Source of the DNA: Squalus acanthias
Taxonomy: Eukaryota
Assembly (NCBI GenBank): GCA_030390025.1
Contig: CM059432.1
Span: 71,178,001-71,242,000 of the forward strand
Direction of reading: 5' to 3'
DNA: 64,000 nt
In this document: positions 24,109 through 38,381 of the stretch, in pieces
How the letters are laid out: every line of letters begins with the position of its first letter
How positions within the stretch are numbered: the stretch's first letter is position 1
Made by a program: the position numbers and the translations under genes
The notes under the pieces: generated by a model
The model's database searches: none
The model's input: only the letters and a program-made list of their open reading frames with translations
Told to the model about the DNA's origin: nothing

Positions 24109-27100
24109 GGCCGTGAAATTCAGCAACTTAGCGCCAGCAGTTAAGGCCGGTTTCAGGAAAAAATGGCGACCGCCTTGTTTCCGCCACTCCCAGCACAGCA
24201 CGCGCTGGTCGCCATCTTGGTGAGGGCGCTAGCGCGGGCGGCCATACAGCTTAGAGGAAACATTGGTCACAGAACTCTGCCACCTCTTGTAACCAGACCT
24301 GCAGCCTCGGAGCAGAGCGACAACAGCTCTCCCAGTGACCCTCAAGCTGACCGTGGCCCTGAATTTTTTGCCAGTGGATCCTTCCAGGCTGGAACAGGTG
24401 ATATAGCTAACATCTCGCAGTTCGCTGTCCATTGCTGCATCCAGGCGGTCACAGAGGCTCTGTACTCCAGGAGAAGAAACTTCATTGTCTTCTCTCTAAA
24501 CGGAGAGAAGCAGGAGCAGTGCGCATGTGGCTTTGCCAGGATATCAGGTTTCCTCATGGTGCAGGGAGCCATCGACTGCACACACGTGGCTTTGCGGGCA
24601 CCACATATTAGTGCTGAGATGTACCGTAACCGCAAAGGGTACCACTCACTTAATGTGCAGTTAGTGCGCAAACACGCCCAGCACATCATGTTGGTGAATG
24701 CTCGGTATCCTGGCAGCAGTCATGATGCCTTCATCCTGCACCAGTCCGCTGTGCCAGCAATCTTCCACCCACCACATCGAACCCGAGGGTGCTGCACAGC
24801 GACAAGGGCTATCCGTTCCACACCTGGCTGATGACTCCACCCCCGTAACCCCACCACTCGTGGCCAGCACTCATATAATGAGAGCCATGCTGCCACAAGG
24901 AACCTCACTGAGCAGACCATCGGGGTGCTGAAGCAACAGTTCCGCTGCCTTGACCGCTCGGGAGGAGCTCTCCAGTACTTGCTGGAGCAGGTGTCCAAAT
25001 TCGTAGTTGTCTGCTGCATCCTCCATCATGAGGGCGCAGCCCTTGGAACCACAGGTTCTGTGACCACCTCAGGAGGAGGAAGAGGAGGAAGAGGTAGAGG
25101 AAAAGGAAGAAGAGGAAGAGGAGGAGGAGGAGGAGGAGGAATGGAGGAGGAAGCCTGCAAATCCCCATTCTGGACGGTCTGTCCGTGAGCGCATCAGCAG
25201 AATCTGGTTCCTCTGAATGTAACCCCCAGATCCCCATTGCTCACCACTTTCCCACCTTACCATCTCTCTGTCACAGAACATCACAGCATTCTCTTGGGCA
25301 CAAAGCTGAAATGAACGCCACCACAAAACAAAGATTCCAAACATAATTTATAAACGATTAATTCCAATATTACATTACAAAGTCAATTCATCACCCTCGT
25401 GCATTCCCTTAGTGTCTGTCTGTCGTGTGCCTTTGGTGATTCTAGTGCTCCTATGAAGTGCTCCCCCAGTGGCTGCAGCACAGCTGGTGGAAGGCTGCTG
25501 ACTTTCTGCGGGGGAGACTGCAGATGGCCTTGCAGGATGTTGAGCAATTCTGAGCCGAGAAGGCCCAGCTGTAGACTGCATCACCTTGGCATGGTGGCAG
25601 CAGTCTGAGCTGGCTGTCTGACAGGCAACTGCAATGGCACTGGCGGAGTGGCAGTAGTGGAAGTACGAGTGTTATCATCCTGAGAGGGGACAACATGTTC
25701 TTAGTTCATGGAGCCACTGCCACTCCCCCTGGGCGGTGCCTCAGCATTCCTAGCCATCTGTTGGAGGACAGATTGCTGGACTGCTGTGAGACCCTGCAAG
25801 CCCCTTTCCATACTTGTAAAACCAGCCACTATGGCAACAGTCTGATCTTGCGTGACAGCAAGCTGAGCCTGCATGACAGAAGTCTGAGCTTCCACTGCAG
25901 CCCTCAGATGTTGGGTCACTTCCGCTTGTGCTGCAATGGAATCTGCGACATCGCCCATCACACCCAACATTATGGCTGGTTCCACAAGTGCTTTAATGGA
26001 GTTGCCTATCATGTCCATCCTGGAAATCATGGGCTCCAAGCTCTGCACAAAGCCCCACGCAGTGTTAGAGCCGAACCCCTCCATTCTTCTTGACAGTGGC
26101 AAGAGGCTCTCTGGCAGGCCTGCCATTGCACCAAGCATTTCTGTGTGCATGCCTATCACCCTTCTTCTGAAGGCCACCCCATTGATGTCCTCATCTGAGG
26201 CCTGTGCAGCAGAACTTGAATGCAACCTCACCCACTGGGGAGCTGGCACCTGCGCTAACCTTTCCCCCTGGCCTGGCTGCAGCCCACTCGCGCCGGTGAC
26301 TCACCACATGCAGATCCCGCCTCTATACTACCCTCTAAAGTTCACGCAGTGCCATTTTCTGAGCTGGTGCCTGGGAGTGTCAGATCGAATGACGGTGCCT
26401 CTTCTTCACCATCACTCTCATCCTCTACTTCTTCCTGCACAGGCTGGGCTGGTGACAGTTCTTGGGTATCTGAAAGGAGAAAGGCACAAAGGTCGGATTG
26501 TTGTGAGGGGAGGGGTGTAAAGCAAGATGTCCATGCTTACACCATCAGCAGCTTGTAAATGAGAAGAAATTGCGGGATGAGGGAGAAGTGGGATGTGAGA
26601 AGAGGGTTAGGTATAAACATACCATCATCATCAATGCTTTCAGCCTCACCGATCGCCACGGCCTCAGTGATGGCCCCTCCAATTATCTCCAGAACTGTCT
26701 CCTCCAGCTGGGTCAGGTTCTGCAGTTGTGCTTGCCCCCTGCCTGTTTGTTCCTGCTCGCGCTGGTTGTGAGCGACCTTGGCCTGCAAGAGAAAGGGAAG
26801 TTTGTCAGTGAGTGTAGTGCAATGTGTTTGGGTGATGTGCCTGTCATGGAAGATTAGCTGGCATTGTGTGCAAGGTGTGAGATGTGGGTGTGAGGATTGC
26901 AGCAGTGGTAAGTATGTACGGGTGAGGTCAAGCTATGAACGTGAGGTGTGAGTCATGCTTGGTAGAGATTGTTGGTAGGTGAGTGATGGGGTGTGGTGCA
27001 TTGAGCAGTGTGTGAGGCTAATGGTGCAGTTGGTGGGATATGGCATTTGATGATGCATTCACTCACCCTGATCACTCATGTGAGGCCATTAAACTTCCTC

Positions 27101-27570
27101 CGGCACTGGCTCCATGTCCTGGGGAAAGACTGGTTGTACCAATGGCTTCAGCGATCTCCTCTCACTGCCTTCGAACAGTGTGCCTGGAAGGCCTCCTCAC
27201 CCCCTATGGGTAGAGTACCTGTCTCCTCCTATAGACCTCCTGCACCAAGGCCCCCAGTGCTGCATCGGAGAACCAAGGTGCGCTTTCTCTGCCCTGTTGA
27301 AACATTGCTAACTTCCAGCTCCAGTCAGAATGAGTTACTTCTCTCACAAAGCACCTCCCCTTTTAGAAGTGCAGACTGCCTTTCACTCAGCAACCTTTAA
27401 ATACAGAACAGATTTCCCACGATATTGGGCCCCCCATTGAGCGCTGAGCCAACCAATAGCGTGTTTAGCGCTGGGCTCAATGCTGCAAACAAGTTACTTT
27501 CAACGGGCACGGCCAGATCACGCATCACGATCCCTGCGCCCGTTTTTGTGCCTTATCCAATTTAGCCCCC
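24109..27570. mobile_element. Inactivated Harbinger (5'-deleted transposase ~24250-25200 +, Myb exons ~25400-27300 -)
   Basis: Ends ggccgtgaaattc and aatttagccccc. FFASGSFQAGTGDIANISQFAVH, MVQGAIDCTHVALRAP, LKQQFRCLDRSGGALQY. Myb exon 2 QAKVAHNQREQEQTG and exon 3 ORF 25701-26249. Flanking triplets differ, so possibly composite. Confidence 0.88.
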
Positions 27571-28463
27571 TGTGTGTTTTAACTTCCCCTCAGCAGCAAA
27601 TTAAACTGCTATGATTTAGACATTGAAGCATTGTCTTGAGTGGTAAGTGAAGGAATCCACTATTATAAGTCAAACTATCATCCCCTAAAATATGGAGTGT
27701 TCTGTGTATTAAATGTAAATTGTTTGGAGCCTGATGTTTCATTGCTTTCCTATTCCCGCTGTTTTTGTAAACCATGGTAGATTTGAAAAGCATTCAAAAT
27801 CTTTCTTGCTGTCTTCAACTGATGAATAATGCACAGGTGGAGCAGAGATTAGACAAGAGATCTAAGGCTCCCACTGACTGTAGAGAAAAGTAACCTTAAT
27901 GAGCCTGAAGGCATCATTATGCAAATGTAAGAGAGAGTGACTATTATCTCAAAATGCACCTCGTAAAGTCTCAAACTAAAGTAGAACATGACAAGTAGTT
28001 TCACAGCTGTCTAAAACCAATTTTCAAATACACAGGGGATCTTCACTTATTTCTTCCCTTGCACTTAGCAATAGATGTCAGTAATATTGTAAAGGACCGT
28101 TAAAGGGGCACCAGCTTATTGAAGAAATGTTTTGCAAACCTGTTTTGTTTTTGTACAAACAGTGTAGTGTTGTAGTGAACCACTTCAGTGTGATGTACAT
28201 TGTTTATGATTGTATATACCCAAGTAGAAACTGAGTTGCTCAGGCTTTGAGGGCCAGGTTGCCAGGGTTGCAGCTGCATATTGTCCACAGGCCTTAATTT
28301 GGACATCGAGGTTTAAAGTTAACACTTTAACACTGGAGAGAAGGCTACTTATTCTCCCTACATTTTAGGTCAGTTAATGGAAGTATTTTGGATAAAGAGG
28401 TGAGTTTTGATACAATGAAGGATAGCTCCAAGAAGTAGATTCTACAATGCATAGAAAAAGCCT

Positions 28464-29570
28464 GGGGGTCTAAATTCAATAGCCCCCAAATATGGATGTG
28501 GGATCACGATGCATAATTAACCCACTCCCATTCAATGTGATGCAGGCAGCATGCCAATTTCGTGCTGTCTGCTCATTTCAACGATTTCAGCGTGCAGCCA
28601 GCACTAACTGCGCTGCTCATTGGCTGTGAGCATCAGCAGGGGGCCCAAAATCATGGGAGGCTAGTACTAGTTAAAGCTAGCCTGCACTACTTAAAGCCAG
28701 CCTGCAACTCCTACAGGGGAGGTACATTGTGGCTGGACCAGGAGGTGGAATTTGTTCTACAACTGATTCTGATCTGGAAAACACACAATGATGGCACAAC
28801 ATGAGAGAGAGCGGGCTCCAAGGTTTTCTGACGCTGCACTGGAGGCCTTGGTGGAGGATAAGGAAAGGAGAGATGTACTGTATCCACAGGGTGCCAGGAG
28901 TCCCTCCAGACACACGCTCAAAAGGCAGTAAGAGCAGATAGCCATGGTGATCAATGCTAGGAGTCAAGCCCCGAGGACCTGGATGCAGGGCTGCAAGAAG
29001 TTCAATGACCTCACACGAGTGGTCAAGGTCAGTGAATGCATTTTCAAATGCCATATCCTACCAACTGCACCACTAGCCGCAGCCACTGCTCAAATACCAC
29101 ACTCCCATCACTCACCTACCAACAATCTCCATCAATCAGGACTCATACCTAACATTCACAGCTTCACCTCACCTTCATACACATAGCACAGGTGCAAGCC
29201 TCACACCCTCACACACTGCCAGCTATTGAACCATGACAGCCACATCACCCAAACAGATTGCACCACATTCACTGACACACTTCCCTCTCTCTTACAGAAC
29301 AAGGTGGCACACAACCTTGCATGTCCTTACCCTCATGGAGGAGATGGTGTTGGCCATTATTGGAATGGCCATTGCTGAGGCTGTGGCCAGCAGCGGGGCT
29401 GAAACCATAGAAAATGATCATATCCTCATACCTAATCCTCCTTCTCACATTCTACTTACCCCTCATCCCACAATCTCTTCTGAATTACAAGCTGCTGATG
29501 GTGTAAGAATGCACCTCTTCCTTTCCCTCCTCCCCTCACCACAACCTTACATCTCTACTCCATTTATTTT
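28464..29570 (+). mobile_element. Harbinger end carrying decayed Myb exons 1-2
   Basis: gggggtctaaatt terminus. RAPRFSDAALEALVE, PRTWMQGCKKFNDLTRVVK|gtcagt, LTLMEEMVLAIIG. Confidence 0.85.
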
Positions 29571-30134
29571 CCAAGAAGTAGGTCGCCTCCTTATTCCTCC
29601 TACCAAAATGCACCACCTCACACTTATCTATATTAAAATTCATTTGTCATTTACATGCCCATTCTGCAAGTTTGCTTACGGTAGAATTAATTAAAAGCTT
29701 TTAGTTTGTCGTGTACAAACTCCATTTAAAAAAATACTTGTCATAAATTGCTGGGATATAAAAGAACTGCATAATAATGCATTAATACTTCAGAAACATC
29801 ACTCAGTTACACGGTTATGCATCGACAAACAATCGAAAAGCCCAAGGTGAGCTGAAAGAGGCACATCTATTCGTGCAATTTGTATTAATTTTAAAGTTTT
29901 CAACGTATTAGTCCATCCCTCATGTCACTATAGCAGTGGCAGCACAAGCTTTCCTATGGCACTGACATGCTGTACGTCCACATAAGTAATTAGAATATTA
30001 ATCACAATGCAACCAACTGTAGAATTCGCAATATATCGCGATTTTATTAATAAGGAGAAGAACACAGAGTTTCGTTCAAACAGCTTTTATTTCAGCAGAA
30101 TGCTGTCAGGTTTTCAAAGTGGACACAAGCAGCC

Positions 30135-31705
30135 TGTAAAATGGCCGCCGCACCTCATGACAGAACATTCTAGACTTTTCGACAGGCAGACAAGATGGCG
30201 TTCCAATAAACATTTGTGCAAGATCGATTAAGACTCAGCACATTTAAGATAATACACGAGACATCATGGGTTTACAGTATACACATAACTACTGAAATCG
30301 GTCTCCCAGGTGCGAATAAGGGCTATTGTACCAAGTAATCAAGAACCCATCCAAAGACATTAATATGTAAAATCCCAACGACTCTACGATGAGAGAGCCG
30401 TTAGCGGGTAGTTACAGAAAACATTTGGAAGCCCCAAAACCCCTCCAGGGAGAACACCGACCGATTAAACAATGGGAAAAGTATTAACAGGTACTCAGCC
30501 AGTTACGAGTATCCCCGAAACCCATTAAAAACGGAGATCACCCTATACAAGAAATTTGAGCGCCAAACCCTAACAAAAGAAAAGACATTAAGGTTGGGCG
30601 GGAAAAGGAAGATTTTGCACTATAACTACAAGCTCCAAACCGTCCATCTTCGCTTATTCACTCGACTCTTGCCGCTTGACTCTTATTCGGTTGACTCTTA
30701 TCCTCGTGGCTGCTCCTGACTCTTATCCTCTGATCCTGCTGGCGTTTATCCTCGTGGCTGCTCTTGACTCGCCGTCTTGTTCCTGTTTGACGAACTGGGC
30801 TCTGAAGCCTTGAAGCGGGCGCACCATCCTGATAAGTCGGTAAACGGTGTTGGAGCCGAAGGCCCGAGATGAGATGAGATGAGATGAGATGAGATGAGAA
30901 GAGAAGAAGACCATACTTATCGCCACGGTCAGTAAGCTCCGACCGCGCCTGTAGGTCGAATAGACACTTTCCTTGCCAGGAAGACTTCTTCGAGTTTTAC
31001 AGAACTGCCAGGAAGATTATTCTTTGAATTTTATTGCATCAGTGCGAGGGCACAGGAAGACTCTTTTTTGAGTAGTGTCGGAACTCCGAGGACAACACAG
31101 ATCTTCATGACAGCAGACGTTCCAGCCTGCTAGCCGGAGCAGAAATGAGTAAACAAGTGGGGCCAGGAGACCCCCTGATCGACACGTGGGTGCTGCGGTG
31201 AAAAAAACATCCGATCAGAGTTTTCGGAATTCTCCGAGTTATCACGAGTGGTGAGCATGAGTCTCGAATCCTACGAATCTAGCTTAGGACAGATATTGAT
31301 AGGGGAGGGTTTTAAGTATTAAGGATAATTGTAATGTGTGCCCCCATTTATGATGTGTCGTTCGTTCCTCGTTTCCCTGAAATTAGTTACATAACTGTGT
31401 GTAAGATTGTACTGTCATTAATCTGTGCTTATGACATGTATTTCGTAATCTTGATTAATATGCAATAAAGATTTTCCATTTCGTACCATTCAACCGGGTC
31501 TACCTGAGTTTTATCTCCATTACTGCTCTCGCATCTAAGTCCAGTGTCAGAACCGTAAGGGCGAGTGGGTCGAACCACTCACAGGTGTCTAGTGCTCCCA
31601 GACTGGCTGGAGACCAGAACAGGCAATAAGGCCTAAACCCGCACTAGCATCCAGGCTGCACAGAGCCACACGAATCTCACAGGCTGAGAGACGAAAACCC
31701 TTACA
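30135..31705 (+). mobile_element. Solo LTR (1571 bp) of an unassigned LTR retroelement/ERV
   Basis: TGTAA...TTACA termini; 5-bp flanks cagcc (30130-30134) / caacc (31706-31710). TATAA ~30621, AATAAA 31464-31469. CpG-rich relative to flanks. Confidence 0.75.
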
Positions 31706-32499
31706 CAACCAACAAATATAAAGTGCTGCAGTTCTTTAGTTCACAGTATTAAAAAGAATTGAACAAAAACAGGTATCCGTATTTTCAACTTCAATCACTT
31801 CCATCTTGAACCAGGACACTCCCATGTAACATGTCAGAAATGCAGCACTTATTCACAAGTGCAGAAAAACAGATACACAATTTGCGCCACCGAATTAAAA
31901 ACAAAAAGCAGGAAAAGCTATGATTTAACAGAAATAAACATTCATCTTTCTTCCTGGACAGGAGAACCAATCAGACTGACTCGGAAATGTTTACTAATAT
32001 GTTGACGTAAAGATGTTAATTTACGAAATTTCGCTTCTAATGTTTTTCTCTCAAACATTCTCCACAATATTAATCCCTGCTCTTATCACAAAAAGTGTTG
32101 AATTATTTTAGGTACTTTGCAATTAAATAGCGGGTAACAAACTTCATTATACTCTCAATTTTTAATCTCCTCTTTCAAACATTTATACCAAATCGAAATT
32201 GTATATTATCAGTTTAATCAAAGTATTTTCTGTGTCTTTCTCAATAAACAAATCATGGTTTCTTCTGAAGTAACTTCTTGCAATTTTTATACATCATTAC
32301 ATAAATCTTGTTTCTATTAACACTCCACTAAACTTTTAAGAGGAAATCTATATTTACATTATTCCTGGGACCTGTTCGGACTATAGCACGACAGGCAAAA
32401 TAACATGGTTTGTGTTTTTACCCGTATTTGGTTCTCTTCCTAAACGTCTTAATGATATATTTTTTAAAAGTGAATAAAAAATAATATGTAACTCCTACA

Positions 32500-32960
32500 G
32501 ACTCTCACTCTCAACTCGTCACTCTCTTTCTCTCTCTCTCTCCCCAAGTCTCTCTCTTTCACCCCGTCACTCTCTTTCTCCCCAGTCTCTCTCTCTCCCC
32601 CGTCTCTTTCTCCCCAGTTGCTCTCTCTCTCTCTCTCCCCAGTCTCCCTCTCTCCCTCTAGTCGCTCTCTCTCAACCCGTCTCTCTTTCTCCCCTGTCTC
32701 TCTTTCTCTCCCCAGTCTCCCTCTCTCACTCCATCTCTCTCTCCCTCTCCCCAGTCTCTCTCTCTCTCTCTCCCCAGTCTCCCTCTCTCCCTCCAGTCGT
32801 TCTCTCTCTCACCCAGCCTCACTTTTCTCTCCCCTCAGTCTCTTTCTCTCTCCCCAGTCTCCCATTCTCCCTCCAGTCTCTCTCTCTCTCCCAGTCTCTC
32901 TCTCTCACCCTGTCACTCTCTCTCTCTCTCTCTCTCCCCCAGTGTCTCTCTCTCACCCCA
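32500..32960. repeat. CT-rich low-complexity satellite ((CT)n with CCCCAGT units)
   Basis: Direct observation; same unit as 38750-42930. Confidence 0.95.
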
Positions 32961-35674
32961 TAAGAACATAGGAACATAAGAATTAGGAGCAGGAGTAGGC
33001 CATACGGCCCCTCGAGCCTGCTCCACTATTCAGTAAGATCATGGCTGATCATCGACCTCAACTCCACTTTCCTGCCTGATCTCCATATCCCTTGATTCCT
33101 CTGGAGTCCAAAAATCTATCTATTTCAGCCTTGAATATACTCAAAGACTGAGCATTCACAGCCCTCTGGGGCAGAGAATTCCAAAGATTCACAACCCTGA
33201 GTGAAGAAATTCCTGCTCATCTCGGTCTTAAAGGCCTACCCCTTATTCTGAGTCTATGCCCCCTAGTTCTAGACACTCCAGCCAGGGGAAACAACCTCTC
33301 AGCATCTACCCTGTCAATCCCCTTCAGAATCTTGTATGTTTCAATGCGATCACTTCTCATTCTTCTAAACTCCAGAGAGTATAGGCCCATTCTACACAAT
33401 CTCTCATCATAGGACAGCCCTCTCATCCCAGGAATCAATCTCGTGAACCTTTGTTGCACCGCCTCCAAGGCAAGTATATCCTTCCTTAGATAAGGAGACC
33501 AAAACTGTGCACAGTACTCCAGGTGTGGTCTCACCAAGGCCCTGTACAATTGTAGTAAGACTTCTTTAATCTTATACTCCAACCCCCTTGCAATAAAGGC
33601 CAACATGCCATTTGCCTTCCTTATTGCTTGCTGTACCTGTATGCTAGCTTTCTGTGTTTCTTGCACGAGGACACCCAAATCTCTCTGAACACCAACATTT
33701 GAAATTTTCTCACCATTTAAAAAATATTCTGTTTTTCTATTCTTCCTACCAAAGTGAAAAACCTCACATTTCCCTACATTATACTCCATCTGCCACCTTA
33801 CTGCCCACTCACTTAGTCTATCTATATCCCTTTGCAGATTCTTTGTGTTCTCCTCACAGCTTACTGTCCCACCTAGCTTTGTATCATCAGCAAACTTGGA
33901 TACATTACACTCGGTCCCTTCATCTAGGTCATTAATATAGATTGTAAATAGCTGAGGCCCCAACACTAATCCTTGCGGCACCCCACCTGCCAACCTGAAA
34001 AAGATCCGTTTAAGTTTAAGACTCTAGTTTTGGACTTAGGCAAGTCACTCTCAAAATTAAGGTGAAATTCTATCATATTATGATCACTCTGCCCCAGAGG
34101 ATCCTTTACTATGAGATTGCTAATTAACCCTGTCTCATTATACAATACAAGATCTAAAATAGCCTGTTCCCTGGTTGGTTCCATGACGTATTGTTCTAGG
34201 AAACTGTCCCGAATGCATTCATGAACTCGTCCTCCAGACTACCTTTGCCAATTTGATGTGTCCAGTCTATATGAAGATTAAAGTCCCCCAAGATTATTGC
34301 ATTACCTTTGTTGCAAGTTCCTACTATTTCTTGATTAATATTCTGTCCAATGGTATAGCTACTGTTAGGGGGTCTTTATACCACTGCTACCAATGTTTTC
34401 TGTCCCTTGTTATTCCTTATCTCCACCCATACTGATTCTATTTCCTTATCTTCCAAGCCGAGCTCCTTTCTTGCTACTGTCCTTATGTCATCCTTTATTA
34501 TCAGGGCTACTCCCCCTCCTTTTCCATTCTGCCTGTCTTTTCAAAATGTCAAGTACCCTGGAACATTTAATTCCCAACCTTGGCCACCTTGCAACCACAT
34601 CTCTGTAATGGCTATTAGGTCAAACCCATTTATCTCTATTTGTGCCATTAGTTCACCTATCTTGTTACAAATGCTTCGTGCATTCAGATAAAGAGCCTTT
34701 AATTTAAATGTTTTACCATTATTCCCTGCCTTGACCTTATTCTCTGCTGCACTGCTACAGTTAAACTCTCTGTCCCTTCCTGTCACACTCTGCTTATTTT
34801 TACTCAAATTGCTACACTGCTCCATTGCCTTTACCTTTCTCTTTAGATTTCTAAGTTTCCCCTCACCTGACCCCTACACCACCCCCCCCCCCCCCCGCTT
34901 TTTTAGTTTAAAGCCCTATCTACAGCCCTGGTTATTCAATTCACCTGGACGCTGGTCCCAGCCCGGTTTAAGTGAAGCCCGTCCCAACGGAACAGCTCCC
35001 TCTTTCCCCAGTACTGGTGCCAGTGTCCCATGAATTGTAACCCCTTTTTCCCACACCACTCTTTGAGTCACGCATTTAACTCTCTGATCTGCTTGACCCT
35101 ATGCCAATTTGCGCGTGGCTCAGGTAGTAATCCAGAGATTATTACCCTTGTGGTTCTGCTTATTAATTTAGGCCCTAGCTTCTCAATCTCCCTCAGCAGA
35201 ACCTCATTCTTAGTTCTACCTATGTCGTTGGTTCCTACATGGACCATGACAACTGGATCCTTCCCCTCCCACAGAGGTTCTTCTCCAGCCGTGAGGAGAT
35301 ATCCTTAACCCTGGCACCAGGCAGGCAACACAGCCTTCGGGACTCTCTTTTACGGCTGCAGAGAACAGTATCTATCCCCCTGACCAAACTGTCCCCTACT
35401 ACTAGCACATTCCTTCCTTCTCCCCCCACTTAGATGGCCTCCTGTACCACGGTGCCGTGGTCAGTTTGCCCATCCTCCCTGCAGTCCTTTTCCTCATCCA
35501 TACAGGTAGAAAGTACCTCCACCTGTTGGACAAGGTCCAGGGCTGAGCTCCTCCATCACTACATCCTGTATCCCCATACCTTCCTGACTCGCAGTCACAC
35601 CCTCCTGTCCCTGACCAGTGACAAACTCTAAAGTGCTACTTAACCTAAAGGGTGTGACTGCCTCCTGGAACAAA

Positions 35675-38381
35675 GGGCTCGATTTTGCCATTGGGGTCGG
35701 GCTGAGGCGTGTTAGGTGGTTTTCGTGTCAGGACCCCGACTCCGATGTGAAGTGGGAAAAAAGTGCGATTTTCCCCTAATTGGGCACTTGATTTCCAGCG
35801 TGTGGGAACCCCTGGCCCAATTAGTCTTTCCATCCTGAAAGTCGCCTCCGATGACATCATCAGTGCTGCTGGATTTAAGGCCTGCAAGCAGCCTTGCTTC
35901 TTCTGGAGACTGAAAACGCTTTGGACATTGTATGAAGGACTTCATTTACCGACCATGTCCACCAGCAAGCAAAAGTGTGCACCTCGCTTTTATGAGCCCT
36001 CCCTCCAAGCTCTGGTGCAGGGAGCAAGATCTAATAAGGAGGTGCTCTTCCCTTCCTCAGGGAGAAAAAAGCCACCACAACAGACTAAAGCTGTATGGCT
36101 GAAAGTGGCCCAGGAGGTCAACTCCATCTCGATGAGCCGCAGAACCTGGCTGCAGTGCAGGAAGAGGTTTCATGACCTTCTCCACACAGGAAAAGTGAGT
36201 ATGACTTTCTCATCACCCTCAATCTCAGCCCCATCGCCTCTCCTCACCAGCACTCTGCTTTGCCAACCTCTTCCTCCACATCCCACTTGACACTGACATC
36301 CCTGCACCCTTACCCATTCCCTCTCTCTCTAAGATCACATTCACTTAACTATTCGACCATGCAGCCCTCACACTCCCTATCACTGTGATGCAATGACAAC
36401 AACTTACAACACACAGGGAGGGCCCTTTGTCTCCTTCTAAGCATCAATGCTCTGGATTCTCTACACTCACTCCTTCATTCTCACTCAAACTCCACTTGTG
36501 TCCCTCATTGCAGGAAAAGAGAGCCCACAATAAGAGGGAAAGATCGAGGACAGGAGGAGGGCCACCCTCAGTAGCCCAGCTCACCACCTCGGAGGAGGCG
36601 GCCCTGGAAATTGCCGGGATCGAGGAGGATTCCCAAGTGGGGGACGGACAGGCGGGCGCATCACAGCAAGCTGGTGACAGAATAGTTTGGCATCTCTCTC
36701 ACTGACATTGCATGAGTGACTGATAATGATTCTGATGCTCTAACAGATTGACTTATGATCATCTGCACAATTCAATGTGCATGCAACCTTTACCTCACAT
36801 CTCTAACTCTTTCCTTTACCCCCCCACAGGACCATCGAGAGCCTCCGTCCCCACTGTCCAGGAGGAAGAGCCTGAGCTTCCAGACTCCTCAGAGGAAGCT
36901 GCAACCTCTGAGGGCGCTCCGTCAGCAGAATTAAGTGCACCCAGCACCACCGCAGACACTCACACCTCAGTGGGACCTTCGTGGCATAGAGTAGAGTTGT
37001 CACCTGGTGTATCACAGCTCACAAGTGAGCATCAGCAGATGGTGGAGACAGGGACAGCAGTGGAGAGTCCTTGTCGCAGTGGAGAGGACGCTTCCAGCTC
37101 GGCTCCGCTGTATGTCGACCCTGTGCCTCCGGGTCCATCCAGAAGGAGAGCGGTGCTGGAACTCCAGGAACAGGTGCAGGAGTTTCTGGCAGGTTTTGTC
37201 TCCAGGGTCGCTGCGAGTGTGGAGCGAATGGAGGAGTCCATCGCTAACATGAACAGAGCCTTTATGGAGGCGTTGGTGCATGAACGCATCACCACGGAAA
37301 GGATGGCAACCTCCTTGGAAAGGATGGCTACCTCCATGGTAAGGCTCGCTACCTCCATGGTAAGGCTGGCTACCGTAGTCACTTGGGTGTAATGTTGTGT
37401 TTAATTTTGAAAAGCCATCAGTTGCTTATTGTCATAAAAAATTCTGATGGCAAACTGTTGCAGTTGTGGCGTGTGTCATTTTGCTGATGGGACTTCCACA
37501 TTGAGGGATTAGGGCGACTTGCAATTGTCAGTATGGTGATCAGAGTGATAGGAATCCGCAGGTTCTTGGCCATTGTCGATGGTCTGATAAGAAGGTGCGA
37601 GGCAAAATTGTTTGATTGTGCAGGCTAAGCAAATCTGGCCAAGATGAGTGCGTCCCTTGCATCCCGGGCAGCAATGTGGTCGCGCGCTGGCGCCTTCTGG
37701 CCTGTGCAGATTCAGGTGGGTGAGCAGCAGCTTGGTGCTCCTGTTGTTGCTGCTGCTGCTGGTGGTGCTGTTGTTCATGGTTCTGCTGCTGCCACGGCTG
37801 GTCTTCGTCCGAATCTGATGTCCAGGAGGAAAGGAAATAAATGGTTCCCATGCTTCTGGTATATCCCTCAGTTGAGGAAGCGCTCAGTCAAGGTGGCGAG
37901 AGGGGTTTCCCAGGAGGTCACACTGGAGATGGGTGTCAGGCTCCAAACTTCCACAACAATGAGGAGGCCTGCTAAACGTTCCCCCGGACCTGAGACAACA
38001 AAGTTCAGCCACCTGCAAATGATGATTGCTGAAAACTCCTTTTTAATGGTGGAGCTGCAGCTGTTAGTAAGCAATCCACTTGTGAGGCCGCCAGGATTCA
38101 CTGGCGTGTTCCAGAGGAGACGTGCAGGACGTGGGAAAAGTGGTAAAATCAGAAAGGCCTCTCAAAATGGGATTATAGAGGCACTTAACTGGTTGTTAAG
38201 GGCCTTAAGGGCCTATCCCGCCTCCAAGAGGCGGGATGGAAACGTGGTCAGAAAACATGCATTTGGGAAAATTGCTCAGAGACGGGATGGAGGCGGGATC
38301 GGGCCTGCCCGCCATTTTTTGCGATTTTACTACCTCACACGCCTCCAATCCCGCCTCCTCGGGCCTGGCAAAATCGAGCCC
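35675..38381. mobile_element. Non-autonomous Harbinger with perfect 16-bp TIRs, retaining a Myb-like gene but only vestigial transposase
   Basis: GGGCTCGATTTTGCCA (35675-35690) / TGGCAAAATCGAGCCC (38366-38381). AAA TSD at 35672-35674 and 38382-38384; CR1 ORF1 is continuous across the empty site. Confidence 0.95.
35955..37392 (+). CDS. Harbinger Myb/SANT-like DNA-binding protein, 3 predicted exons (35955-36194, 36514-36673, 36830-37392), 320 aa, probably C-terminally truncated
   Basis: GT-AG introns in phases 0 and 1 give an open frame: MSTSKQKCAPRF...WLKVAQEV...WLQCRKRFHDL|EKRAHNKRERSRTGGG|GPSRAS... Confidence 0.72.

Noticed and set aside
7546..27570. One giant composite Harbinger defined by TGT flanks at 7543-7545 and 27571-27573
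   Set aside because: A 3-bp match is likely chance; several independent elements with their own ends lie between.
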